From IMG/VR virus record IMGVR_UViG_3300025288_000107, positions 1 to 25,099 of that record: 25,099 bases of DNA. One strand, given 5' to 3'. Made by a program: the position numbers and the translations under genes. This document shows, piece by piece, positions 1-7,731 of the stretch. Under the pieces are notes generated by a model. It searched no databases. It was not told the origin of the DNA and saw only the letters and a list, made by a program, of their open reading frames with translations. The DNA comes from a virus. Its lineage: Duplodnaviria; Caudoviricetes. Every line of letters begins with the position of its first letter. Positions within the stretch are counted from its first letter, which is position 1.

Positions 1-1
1 C

Positions 2-364
2 CTCCCCGACTCCCTCCAGGCCATCGCCGACCTCATCGGCGCGCCGGCCGCGCTCAAGATCGCCGAGCGCTGGGGCGGCACGCGGCTCTACATCCCCGCC
101 GAGCCCGGCGACGACCACGAACTATCGCGCCTGATCGGCCTGGATGCCGCCAGCGAACTGGGCACAGCCTACGGCGGCGAACGGGTCGAAATCGCCAAAG
201 CCGACGGCTGGGGCCGCGCCCTGCGCAACGCGCTGATCGCGGAAGCCCGCCGAACCGGCCAGAGCCAGGCCGCGGTCGCCCGCGCCCACGGCCTCACCGA
301 GCGCCACGTGCGCAGCATCGAGCGGGGCATGGACGGGGATGACCGGCAGGGCGGGTTGTTTTAG
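2..364 (+). CDS. Mor/C family late transcription activator (5' end outside window)
   Basis: Open frame from base 2, not in the ORF track: LPDSLQAIADLIGAPAALKIAERWGGTRLYIP...RNALIAEARRTGQSQAAVARAHGLTERHVRSIE...QGGLF*. Shows the GG-x-x-LYIP motif and C-terminal HTH of Mor/C, and lies directly upstream of the lysis genes. Confidence 0.9.
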   Translation, partial: LPDSLQAIADLIGAPAALKIAERWGGTRLYIPAEPGDDHELSRLIGLDAASELGTAYGGERVEIAKADGWGRALRNALIAEARRTGQSQAAVARAHGLTERHVRSIERGMDGDDRQGGLF

Positions 365-436
365 GCACCCCGTGCCCAACAAATGATTGGGGGTGATAAT
401 TTTGGGTTTGTTGGGCACGGGGTGCCCAACCTACAT
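364..436. repeat. REPIN-like element 1 (inverted pair of GTAG-type REPs, left copy truncated)
   Basis: GGCACCCCGTGCCCAAC...GTTGGGCACGGGGTGCCCAACCTACAT, the same unit as at 4653, 7785, 7865, 8581 and 9714. Confidence 0.85.
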
Positions 437-478
437 AGCGGATTGACGGCCACCACTCCCCCGGCGTAACCTGTATTT

Positions 479-506
479 AGCCCTGCCTCGCGCGGGGCTT
501 TTCTTT
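479..506 (+). terminator. Intrinsic terminator downstream of the activator gene
   Basis: Hairpin AGCCCTGC-CTCGC-GCGGGGCT followed by TTTTCTTT. Confidence 0.7.
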
Positions 507-508
507 GT

Positions 509-554
509 GCGGATGCTCTTCCGCCTAACCCAAAACCACCGCCAGCCTTAGCAT
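509..554 (+). promoter_or_regulatory. Putative Mor/C-activated late promoter of the lysis operon (Plys-like)
   Basis: Dyad GCGGA-N6-TCCGC (509-524), 24-nt spacer, -10-like TAGCAT (549-554). Same architecture as 8665-8710. Confidence 0.7.
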
Positions 555-560
555 GGCTGC

Positions 561-728
561 ATGATCGCTCACTCGCCCACCTGCTCCGCCTGCGCACTCT
601 GGTTCCAGAAACCCGACGACAAAATGACCGCGCTCGGCTACGGCCGCTGCCCGCATCTGCAGGCGGGGCAGTACCTGACGCCGCAATCTGCCTGCCGCCT
701 GCCCAACAAATTCAAGGGGAAGGCATGA
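561..728 (+). CDS. Small Cys-rich hypothetical protein (55 aa, possible Zn-binding)
   Basis: MIAHSPTCSACALWFQKPDDKMTALGYGRCPHLQAGQYLTPQSACRLPNKFKGKA*. CxxC plus two further Cys. Its stop overlaps the endolysin start (ATGA). Below the ORF-track cutoff. Confidence 0.65.
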   Translation: MIAHSPTCSACALWFQKPDDKMTALGYGRCPHLQAGQYLTPQSACRLPNKFKGKA

Positions 729-1231
729 CACCCCAGCCGCGCACCCTTCTCGCCGCCCTGACGCTTTCTGCCGCCGGCCTGGTCGGCATCGTGACGCAAG
801 AGGGCTATACCGACAAGGCGTCGATCCCCGTCAAGGGCGACGTGCCGACCATCGGCTTCGGCACCACTGGCGGCGTCAAGCTGGGCGACACGACCACGCC
901 GCCCAAGGCGCTGGCGCGAGCCCTGACGGACGTGCAGAAGTTCGAGGGCGCGCTCAAGCGCTGCGTCAGAGTCCCGCTCCACCAACACGAATACGACGCC
1001 TACGCCAGCCTGGCCTACAACATCGGCCCGGCGGCCTTCTGCAAATCGGGCCTGGTCAGAAAACTCAACGCCGGTGACTACCCCGGCGCCTGTAATGAAA
1101 TCATGCGCTGGACCTTCTACCGGGGCAAAGACTGCGCCGCGCCCGAAAACGCCCGCCTGTGCGGCGGCCTGGCCAAGCGCCGCGAGCATGAATACCGGCA
1201 GTGCGCCGGGGAACAAAAACAAAATGGCTGA
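725..1231 (+). CDS. SAR endolysin, GH24 lysozyme
   Basis: Gly/Ala-rich, weakly hydrophobic N-terminal helix, then EG...GDVPTIGFGTT catalytic region, AYNIG, and GLAKRREHE C-terminus. Confidence 0.92.
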   Translation: MTPQPRTLLAALTLSAAGLVGIVTQEGYTDKASIPVKGDVPTIGFGTTGGVKLGDTTTPPKALARALTDVQKFEGALKRCVRVPLHQHEYDAYASLAYNIGPAAFCKSGLVRKLNAGDYPGACNEIMRWTFYRGKDCAAPENARLCGGLAKRREHEYRQCAGEQKQNG

Positions 1232-1694
1232 AAAACTCCTCGCCGCCGTCCTGTTCCTCGCCCTGTGCGCCGGGGGCGGGTTCTTTGCCGGATACCGCGC
1301 CGCCTCCAACAAATTCGCCGCCCGGCAGCTCGCCGCCGAACGCGCCGCCAGCGCCGAATATCGCGCCGGAACCGAGCGCGGCAACGCCTCGTCCGCCCGT
1401 CTCGCCCAAGCCGAAACCCGCATCCAGACCCGAACCGTCGAAAGGATCAAATATGTTCCACGAGTCACTTCTGGCCGCCGCTGCCTCGATCCTGCTGCTG
1501 TCGGCCTGCTCAACGCTGCCGCCGCCCCCGGCTTGCCCGCCGCCGCCGCCGGGCAACCTGCTGCAGCGGATGCCGCCGCGCCTGCCGCCTCTGATACCGA
1601 CGTTGCCGGGTGGATCGCCACCGCCAGCGGCCAATACGAAACCTGCGCCGCCCGGCTGAACGGGCTGGTCGATTACGAGGAAGCGAAGCCATGA
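1224..1694 (+). CDS. Inner-membrane spanin (Rz-like)
   Basis: N-terminal TM (LLAAVLFLALCAGGGFFAGY), coiled-coil, and C-terminal Cys (CLDP, YETCAARLNGL). Follows the endolysin. Start at ATG 1224 rather than 1074. Confidence 0.8.
   Translation: MAEKLLAAVLFLALCAGGGFFAGYRAASNKFAARQLAAERAASAEYRAGTERGNASSARLAQAETRIQTRTVERIKYVPRVTSGRRCLDPAAVGLLNAAAAPGLPAAAAGQPAAADAAAPAASDTDVAGWIATASGQYETCAARLNGLVDYEEAKP
1453..1659 (+). CDS. Outer-membrane spanin lipoprotein (Rz1-like), embedded in Rz in the +1 frame
   Basis: AAAGGA RBS, then MFHESLLAAAASILLLSA-C lipobox and a Pro-rich mature peptide (68 aa total). Confidence 0.85.
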   Translation: MFHESLLAAAASILLLSACSTLPPPPACPPPPPGNLLQRMPPRLPPLIPTLPGGSPPPAANTKPAPPG

Positions 1695-1912
1695 GCCCTG
1701 ACGAAATGGCCCAGGAGCGCGAGCTAAAAGACTGGGAGCGCAACCAGCGCCGGGGCATCATGACGCTGCCCACCGCGCCATCGGCCAAATACTGCACCGA
1801 CGCGCACTGCGGTGACGAGATACCGGAAGCGCGCCGCCTGGCTATCCCCGGCGTGCTGTATTGCGCCGGGTGTCAGGAGCGGCGCGAGCGGATGGGCGGG
1901 GGGCATCGCTGA
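1691..1912 (+). CDS. TraR/DksA family C4 zinc-finger protein
   Basis: DEMAQERE...CTDAHCGDEIPEARRLAIPGVLYCAGCQ. ATGA coupling to Rz. Confidence 0.9.
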   Translation: MSPDEMAQERELKDWERNQRRGIMTLPTAPSAKYCTDAHCGDEIPEARRLAIPGVLYCAGCQERRERMGGGHR

Positions 1913-2187
1913 TGGAATTCGTTACCCTCGACAACGCCTTGAACCTCACCCTGCTGTTGCTGGCCGGGTTCGGCTGGCGCTGGGTGGACCGGCTGCAAGC
2001 CCAGCAGGACAAGCAGTCCGAAGCCCTTTCAAGGCTCACGGAAAAGCTCCTCGAAGAGTATTCCAAGCGCACCGAAGTGGACGGCCTGGAGGGCAAGATT
2101 CTGGACCAGTTCAAGGCGCTCAGCGCCCAGCTCCAACGGATTCAAGACAAACTCGACGGGAAAAAGGATAAAAACGATGGAATCTGA
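1912..2187 (+). CDS. Membrane-anchored coiled-coil protein (Mu gp25-like position)
   Basis: N-terminal TM LNLTLLLLAGFGWRW followed by a heptad-rich tail. TGATG coupling. Confidence 0.7.
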   Translation: MEFVTLDNALNLTLLLLAGFGWRWVDRLQAQQDKQSEALSRLTEKLLEEYSKRTEVDGLEGKILDQFKALSAQLQRIQDKLDGKKDKNDGI

Positions 2188-2437
2188 AGAGGTCAAGCTG
2201 CTCAAACGGATCAGCGCCCAGGTCAGCGCGGTGGAGGCGAAGATCGACGCCAACGCCCTGGCCATGTCCGGCCTGACTGAAAAGCTCGACCGGCTGGAGG
2301 TCGCGGTGGAGCTGCTGGAGCAGGACGTGGCCAACGGCAAGCGCAACGCCCTGATCGTCGGAGCGATTTCCGGCGGCTCGGCGGGCGCGCTGATGGTGCT
2401 GGCCATCGACCTGCTCCGCGCCAAGATGGGGCTGTGA
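2177..2437 (+). CDS. Hypothetical coiled-coil protein with C-terminal TM
   Basis: AAGGA RBS. Heptad N-terminus and hydrophobic ALIVGAISGGSAGALMVLAI. Overlaps both neighbours. Confidence 0.75.
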   Translation: MESEEVKLLKRISAQVSAVEAKIDANALAMSGLTEKLDRLEVAVELLEQDVANGKRNALIVGAISGGSAGALMVLAIDLLRAKMGL

Positions 2438-2928
2438 CCTTGGCCCACGATCTCGCCACCCGCCAGGCAGCCAGGCACCTCTATGTCCGCGAGGCGCTGG
2501 CGCTGGAGCTGATCGCCATCCGGCTCAAGCTCTCCGTCCACACGCTGATGCGCTGGCGGCGGGATGAAGGCGACTGGGACCGCCAGCGAGCGGCTGCGCG
2601 GCTGTCCGGGGCGGGCGCCAAAGAGCTGCACGGCGACCTGATGGAAGATTTTGTCCTGTCGTGGAAAGCCGTCCATAACGAACTGCGCACCAACCCGGAC
2701 ATCCCGGCGCTGGCCAAGGTCGATGCGCTCTCCCGCCTGGCCGACTCCTACATCAAAACCGTCAGCGCCGGCGCCAAAGGCGACCCCAAGCTCAACAAGC
2801 TGGCCGTCGGCATGGCGGTGATCGAAGGCTTCCTCGCCCACGTCAAGGCGCACCATGCCGCCGACGCCAGCGCGATCCTGCCCGCGCTGGAATCGTTTGC
2901 GCCCAAGCTGGCGGATCTGCTGGCATGA
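2434..2928 (+). CDS. terS: DUF1804-type protein, putative terminase small subunit
   Basis: N-terminal HTH (ARHLYV...TLMRWRR..GDWD) and KVDALSRLADSY motif. Immediately upstream of TerL. Confidence 0.8.
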   Translation: MTLAHDLATRQAARHLYVREALALELIAIRLKLSVHTLMRWRRDEGDWDRQRAAARLSGAGAKELHGDLMEDFVLSWKAVHNELRTNPDIPALAKVDALSRLADSYIKTVSAGAKGDPKLNKLAVGMAVIEGFLAHVKAHHAADASAILPALESFAPKLADLLA

Positions 2929-4649
2929 GCCACCCCGCATCCGGCAAAGGGCTGATCGAGCGCGTCCTCCAACTCGCCGCCGAATACCGCAGCCAGATCG
3001 AGGCCGAAGTGGACGGCTTCGCCGCCGACCCGATAGAGCGCAGCCAGCGCCGCAAGCTGGCCGATGCCGACCTGGAATTCTTCGCCCGCACCTACTTTCC
3101 GCACTACGTGAAACATGCCAACGCGGTGCTGCACGCCTTTCTTTACCGGCGCCTGCCGGAGATCGTCGACAACGGTATCGGCGACCACGAGGCCATCGCC
3201 GCGCCGCGCGGCAACGCCAAGTCCACCCTGGTCACTCAAATCTTCGTCATCTGGTGCCTGGTCACAGGGCGCAAGCATTACCCGGTCATCGTGATGGACG
3301 CGCTCGACCAGGCGCTGCCCATGCTCGAAGCGATCAAGGCCGAGCTCGAATTCAACCCGCGCCTGATGATGGATTTCCCCGACGCCACCGGCCCCGGACG
3401 GGTGTGGCAGACCGGCACCATCCTCACCAAAAACGATGCCAAAGTACAGGCCTTCGGCTCCGGCAAGCGGATGCGCGGCCTGCGCCACGGCCCGCATCGC
3501 CCCGACCTGGTGATCGGCGACGACCTGGAAAACGACGAGAACGTCAGGAGCCCGGAGCAGCGCGACAAGCTCCAGTCCTGGCTCACCAAAACCGTGCTCT
3601 CTCTCGGCCCCGCCGACGACAGCATGGACGTCATCATCATCGGCACCATCCTGCACTACGATTCGGTGCTCAACCGTCTGCTGGACAATCCGCTGTGGTC
3701 GAGCAAAAAGTTCAAGTCCATCGAGCGCTGGCCGGACAACATGCACCTGTGGGAGCAGTGGGAGGGCATCCTGCTGAACGGGGGCGAGGCGGCGGCGCGG
3801 GCGTTCTACGACAATCAAATCCCCCAAATCCCCCTCAATCCCCCTTTTTCAAAGGGGGAGGAAAACCACCTCCAGGAGGCAAATCACCCCCCTTTGAAAA
3901 AGGGGGGCAGGGGGGATTTGCATCCGATGGAAGAGGGCGCCATCGTCTGCTGGCCGGACGGCCAACCCCTCTACAACCTGATGGTCAAGCGCGCCCGCGA
4001 TGGCCGCGCCGCTTTCGATTCCGAGCAGCAAAACGACCCCATATCGGGCGACGACGCCCCCTTTGCCAACCTGGTCGAGTCCTGCTTCTGGACCGAGATT
4101 CCGCCCGGACTGGTCACCTTCGGCGCTTGCGACCCCAGCCTGGGCAAGGCGGGCGGATCGCGCGACCCGTCCGCGCTCCTGGTCGGCGGCTACGACCGCA
4201 CAACCGGCATCCTCTACGTGCTGGATGCCCAGATCAAGAAGCGCCTGCCGGACCGCATCATCGAGGACGTGATCAGTTTGCACGATAAATGGCACTGCGC
4301 CCTGTGGGTGGTGGAGGCGGTGCAGTTCCAGGAGTTTTTCCGCACCGAGCTGGTCAAGCGCAGCGCCCAGCGCGGCAAGCCCGTCCCCGCCCGCGCCGTC
4401 AACCCGTCCGCCGACAAGCTGCTGCGCATCGAAACCCTGCAACCCCACATGGCCAATGGCCTCATCAAGCTGCATCCGGGCCAGACCGCCCTCATCGACC
4501 AGCTGCGCCACTTCCCCAAAGCCGACCACGACGACGGCCCGGATGCCCTGCACATGCTGTGGATGGCGGCGGTATCCGGCTCCGCGCCGATGGCCCTGCA
4601 CCGCGTGCCGACTGGCGTGGGCCAGCGGTTTGGTTCTGGGGCATGGTGA
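2925..4649 (+). CDS. terL: Terminase large subunit (Mu gp28-like) with an in-frame palindromic insertion
   Basis: Walker A APRGNAKST, RGLRHGPHRPDLVIGDDLEND Walker B, and nuclease motifs ACDPS and HDDGPDA. Confidence 0.95.
   Translation: MSHPASGKGLIERVLQLAAEYRSQIEAEVDGFAADPIERSQRRKLADADLEFFARTYFPHYVKHANAVLHAFLYRRLPEIVDNGIGDHEAIAAPRGNAKSTLVTQIFVIWCLVTGRKHYPVIVMDALDQALPMLEAIKAELEFNPRLMMDFPDATGPGRVWQTGTILTKNDAKVQAFGSGKRMRGLRHGPHRPDLVIGDDLENDENVRSPEQRDKLQSWLTKTVLSLGPADDSMDVIIIGTILHYDSVLNRLLDNPLWSSKKFKSIERWPDNMHLWEQWEGILLNGGEAAARAFYDNQIPQIPLNPPFSKGEENHLQEANHPPLKKGGRGDLHPMEEGAIVCWPDGQPLYNLMVKRARDGRAAFDSEQQNDPISGDDAPFANLVESCFWTEIPPGLVTFGACDPSLGKAGGSRDPSALLVGGYDRTTGILYVLDAQIKKRLPDRIIEDVISLHDKWHCALWVVEAVQFQEFFRTELVKRSAQRGKPVPARAVNPSADKLLRIETLQPHMANGLIKLHPGQTALIDQLRHFPKADHDDGPDALHMLWMAAVSGSAPMALHRVPTGVGQRFGSGAW
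3825..3920. repeat. 96-bp palindromic (MITE/REP-like) element inside terL
   Basis: Arms CAAATCCCCCTCAATCCCCCTTTTTCAAAGGGGG and CCCCCTTTGAAAAAGGGGGGCAGGGGGGATTTG are imperfect reverse complements. Length is a multiple of 3. Confidence 0.85.
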
Positions 4650-4652
4650 GCA

Positions 4653-4722
4653 ATGTAGGTCGGGCACCCCGTGCCCGACAAACCCAAATTTATTTGTTGG
4701 GCACGGGGTGCCCAACCTACAT
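4653..4722. repeat. REPIN-like element 2
   Basis: ATGTAGGTCGGGCACCCCGTGCCCGAC-16 nt-GTTGGGCACGGGGTGCCCAACCTACAT. Confidence 0.9.
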
Positions 4723-4781
4723 GCTCCGTGTCTCTGTGGTTCGACCCTTCGGGCCGGGGTAGACGCTAAAAAGGATAAATC

Positions 4782-6368
4782 ATGGCAAAACTTCTCGACC
4801 GCTACGGCAACCCCATCGACACCGCCCTCCTCAAAACCGAGGTGGCCACCCCCACCCTGACCGGCGTGCGGCGCGTGCTCGGCGCTCACCCCACCTCGGG
4901 CCTCACCCCCCAGCGCCTGGCGCAGCTGCTGCTATCGGCAGAATCCGGTTATCCGGCGGCCTACCTGGACCTGGCGGAAGAAATGGAGGAAAAATATCTC
5001 CATTACGCGTCCGTCCTCAACACCCGCAAGCGCGCCATCCTCGGCCTGGAGCTTGCCGTCGAGGCGGCGGGAGGCACGCCGGAGGAGCAGGCCGATGCCG
5101 GCCTGGCCGAGTCCGCCCTGCCGGTAATCTCGGCGGGGCTCTACGACATCATGGACGCCCTGGGCAAGGGGTATTCCGCCTCTGAAATCATCTGGGACAC
5201 CAGCGCCGGGCAGTGGATGCCGGCCCGGCTGGAGTGGCGAGATCCGCGCTGGTTTGTCTTCTCGCGCCTGGACGGGCGCACCCTGCGCCTGCGCGATGGC
5301 GCCATGCACCCCATCACCGGCGAAGAAGGCATGGGCGAAGGCCTGCCGCTGCCGCCCTACAAATTCCTGGTTCACCACGCCGCCGCCAAATCCGGCATCC
5401 CCATCCGGGGCGGGCTGGCGCGCGCGGCGGCCTGGTCGTTCCTTTTCGCCAACTACGCCGTCAAGGACTGGGTGGTGTTCGCCGAAGTCTTCGGCCAGCC
5501 GATCCGCCTGGGAAAATATGAGGACGGCATCACCGACCCGGCGCAGATCCAGATCCTGCTCGACGCCCTGCGCGCCATCGGCACCGATGCCGCCGCCGCC
5601 ATCCCCAAGAGCATGGACGTGAGCTTCGTCGCCGCCAACGGCAAGGCCTCCGGCGACCTCTACGAAAATCTGGCCCGCTACCTGGACGACCAGGTCAGCA
5701 AGCTGGTGCTGGGCTACATGCGCACCTCCGACAACGGCAAGTCCGGCGGCGGTCTGGGTTCCGGCAGCGCCGAAGCGCTGACCGAAGTGCGCTACGACAT
5801 CCTCCACTCCGACACCTTCCAGCTCGCCGCCACCCTCAACCGCGACTTTGTCCGGCCTTTGGTGGACCTCAATAAAGGCCCGCGAAAAACCTATCCAAAA
5901 ATCGTCATCCGGTTCGACGAACAGGTGGACCTGGTCGCCTTGGCCGACAACATCGTCAAGCTCCGCTCTGTCAACGCGCCGATCCCCGTCAAATGGGCCC
6001 TGGACAAATTCGGCATCCCCGAAGCGCTGGACGGCGAGCCGACGCTGGGTTCGCCCCCCTCCCCTGCGGGCGCGGGCGGGGGAGGGGCTTGGGGAGTGGG
6101 CGTGCAAAAGAGGGGCGGGGGGGGGTTAGACACCATCGACACCCTCGCGGCCTCGATGTCCGGCGACTGGCGCCAGATCGTCTCCCCGATGTCCGACCCG
6201 ATCCAGGCCGCCCTGGACGCATCCCACGCCGCCGGAGAAACCGCCGAGCAATTCCTTTCCCGGCTGCCGCCGCTCCTGCAAACGATGGACCCGTCAGCCC
6301 TGACCGAACGGCTCGCCCGCGCCGCCTTCGCCGCCCGGCTGATGGGCGAAGCGGGGATCGAAATATAA
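4782..6368 (+). CDS. Portal protein, DUF935 / Mu gp29 family
   Basis: LLDRYGNPI, HPTSGLTPQRLA, LAEEMEEK, KDWVVFAEVFGQPIRLGKY motifs. AAGGA RBS. Confidence 0.93.
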   Translation: MAKLLDRYGNPIDTALLKTEVATPTLTGVRRVLGAHPTSGLTPQRLAQLLLSAESGYPAAYLDLAEEMEEKYLHYASVLNTRKRAILGLELAVEAAGGTPEEQADAGLAESALPVISAGLYDIMDALGKGYSASEIIWDTSAGQWMPARLEWRDPRWFVFSRLDGRTLRLRDGAMHPITGEEGMGEGLPLPPYKFLVHHAAAKSGIPIRGGLARAAAWSFLFANYAVKDWVVFAEVFGQPIRLGKYEDGITDPAQIQILLDALRAIGTDAAAAIPKSMDVSFVAANGKASGDLYENLARYLDDQVSKLVLGYMRTSDNGKSGGGLGSGSAEALTEVRYDILHSDTFQLAATLNRDFVRPLVDLNKGPRKTYPKIVIRFDEQVDLVALADNIVKLRSVNAPIPVKWALDKFGIPEALDGEPTLGSPPSPAGAGGGGAWGVGVQKRGGGGLDTIDTLAASMSGDWRQIVSPMSDPIQAALDASHAAGETAEQFLSRLPPLLQTMDPSALTERLARAAFAARLMGEAGIEI

Positions 6369-6377
6369 ATATCGACA

Positions 6378-7640
6378 ATGGCCACAAATCTCCTCGCCCG
6401 GCTCGCCGTCCTCCCACCCGAGGAAGCCGTCGCCTACATGCAGGCCCGAGGCCTCCTGACGCCCACCTTCGACTGGCGCGACCTGTGGCAGGAAGAGCAC
6501 GCCGCCCAGTTCACCGTCTCGCGCCTGGCCCGTCTCGACCTGCTGCAAGCCATGTATGACGGTATTACGCTAAGCGTAAAGGGGGAACTTGGCCGCCGCG
6601 ACTTCCTGCGCGGCATCAAGGACATTCTGGTCACCGAAGGCTGGTGGGGCGAAAAGGAAGCCATCGACCCCAAAACCGGCGAAAAGCTGTTGACCACCTT
6701 CGACGCCGACCGCCTCAAACTCATCTACGACATCAACACCCGCCAGGCCTACGCCGCCGGGCAGTGGCAACGCATCGAGCGCAACGCCGCCACCAGCCCC
6801 TACATCCGCTACGTCACCAAGCGCGACGAGCGCGTCCGCGCCAGCCACCGCGCCTGGGACAACGTCACCCTGCCGGTCGGCCATCCCTTCTGGGACACCC
6901 ACACCCCGATGAACGGCTGGCGCTGCCGCTGCCGCATCGTCAGCCTGAGCCAGGCGGAATACGACAAAGGGCTGTCCCCCACCGGCAAGGCGCTGGTCAA
7001 GGACGCGCCGCCGGAGGAGTTCGTCGGCTGGGAGAACAAGAAAACCGGCGAAATCACGCAGGTGTCGAAGGGCATCGATCCGGGGTTCGACTACAATCCC
7101 GGCAAGGCCGCGATGCGGGCTGCGAATCTGGACAAGATGGTGCAGGACAAGCTGGCGCGGGTGGCGGGGCCGATACGGAAGGAGGCGGAAAAGGATTTTG
7201 CGGATAATGGCGGGATGGACATCAAATCTTTCGTCAAAGAATCGCTGCGGGTTGCGGACAAGAAAGTGGAAATCAATTTTGGCGAGGTGGCAAATGCCGC
7301 CCTCATCAAAGGGCAAACCGGTATTGATCTTGCTGGGTACGAGCGCACGCTGGATAACTATGGCGTTCGCCACACGATCAAGAAGCACGGAAACGAGTTA
7401 GCAGAGGCACCGCGTGGTCAGATTGCGGTGACGGCGGATGATTTTGATTTGATACCGTTAATCACGTCAGAGCCGGATCGCGTTTTTCTCGACGGCAAGA
7501 ACAAGGTGGGACGTGACGTAATCGTGTACACCAAACTTATTGATGGCGTAGGCTATCGCTACGTCGAGGAAATCAGGAACAAAGGGAAACGGGTTGCGCT
7601 GGATTCTCTGCGCAAAAAAACAGGAGCATGGAGCTCCTGA
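6378..7640 (+). CDS. Mu gpF-like minor head protein with C-terminal PBECR3-like nuclease (MuF polymorphic toxin architecture)
   Basis: MuF motifs FTVSR, DERVRASH, HPFWDTHTPMNGWRCRC, GIDPGFDYNPG. The C-terminal ~145 aa has lower GC and RHTIKKHG...RGQIAVTADDFDLIPLITSEPD, recognised as the phage Barnase-EndoU-ColicinE5/D-RelE type. Confidence 0.85.
   Translation: MATNLLARLAVLPPEEAVAYMQARGLLTPTFDWRDLWQEEHAAQFTVSRLARLDLLQAMYDGITLSVKGELGRRDFLRGIKDILVTEGWWGEKEAIDPKTGEKLLTTFDADRLKLIYDINTRQAYAAGQWQRIERNAATSPYIRYVTKRDERVRASHRAWDNVTLPVGHPFWDTHTPMNGWRCRCRIVSLSQAEYDKGLSPTGKALVKDAPPEEFVGWENKKTGEITQVSKGIDPGFDYNPGKAAMRAANLDKMVQDKLARVAGPIRKEAEKDFADNGGMDIKSFVKESLRVADKKVEINFGEVANAALIKGQTGIDLAGYERTLDNYGVRHTIKKHGNELAEAPRGQIAVTADDFDLIPLITSEPDRVFLDGKNKVGRDVIVYTKLIDGVGYRYVEEIRNKGKRVALDSLRKKTGAWSS
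7614..7639 (-). terminator. Minus-strand intrinsic terminator overlapping the 3' end of gpF
   Basis: Minus strand reads CAGGAGC-TCCAT-GCTCCTG-TTTTTTT. Confidence 0.8.
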
Positions 7641-7725
7641 TAGGTCGGTACTTAGTCCGCGACGAGTGCATGCTGGCGTAAACGCCCCCTTCTCTCAACG
7701 TCCGAAACGACTTCGCGGGCTAGGT
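7614..7725 (-). ncRNA. Predicted ~110-nt structured small RNA convergent on the MuF nuclease gene
   Basis: Bounded by a near-consensus promoter and an intrinsic terminator. Closing stem formed by 7653-7662 and 7713-7722, with inner hairpins. No convincing ORF. Confidence 0.6.
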
Positions 7726-7731
7726 GTCTGA

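Noticed and set aside
3816-3920. Terminase insert as an intein or intron
   Set aside because: Only 32-35 codons, with no C/S...HN-C/S/T splice residues and no intron core. The DNA palindrome explains it better.
4742-4765. CCCTTCGGG hairpin / IS200-IS605-like end before the portal gene
   Set aside because: Stem is too short and there is no partner end or transposase.
7636-7712. Hammerhead ribozyme (CTGA...GAAAC) downstream of gpF
   Set aside because: Core would need CUGANGA, but the sequence is CTGATAG and the stems do not fit. Promoter and terminator also point to the opposite strand.
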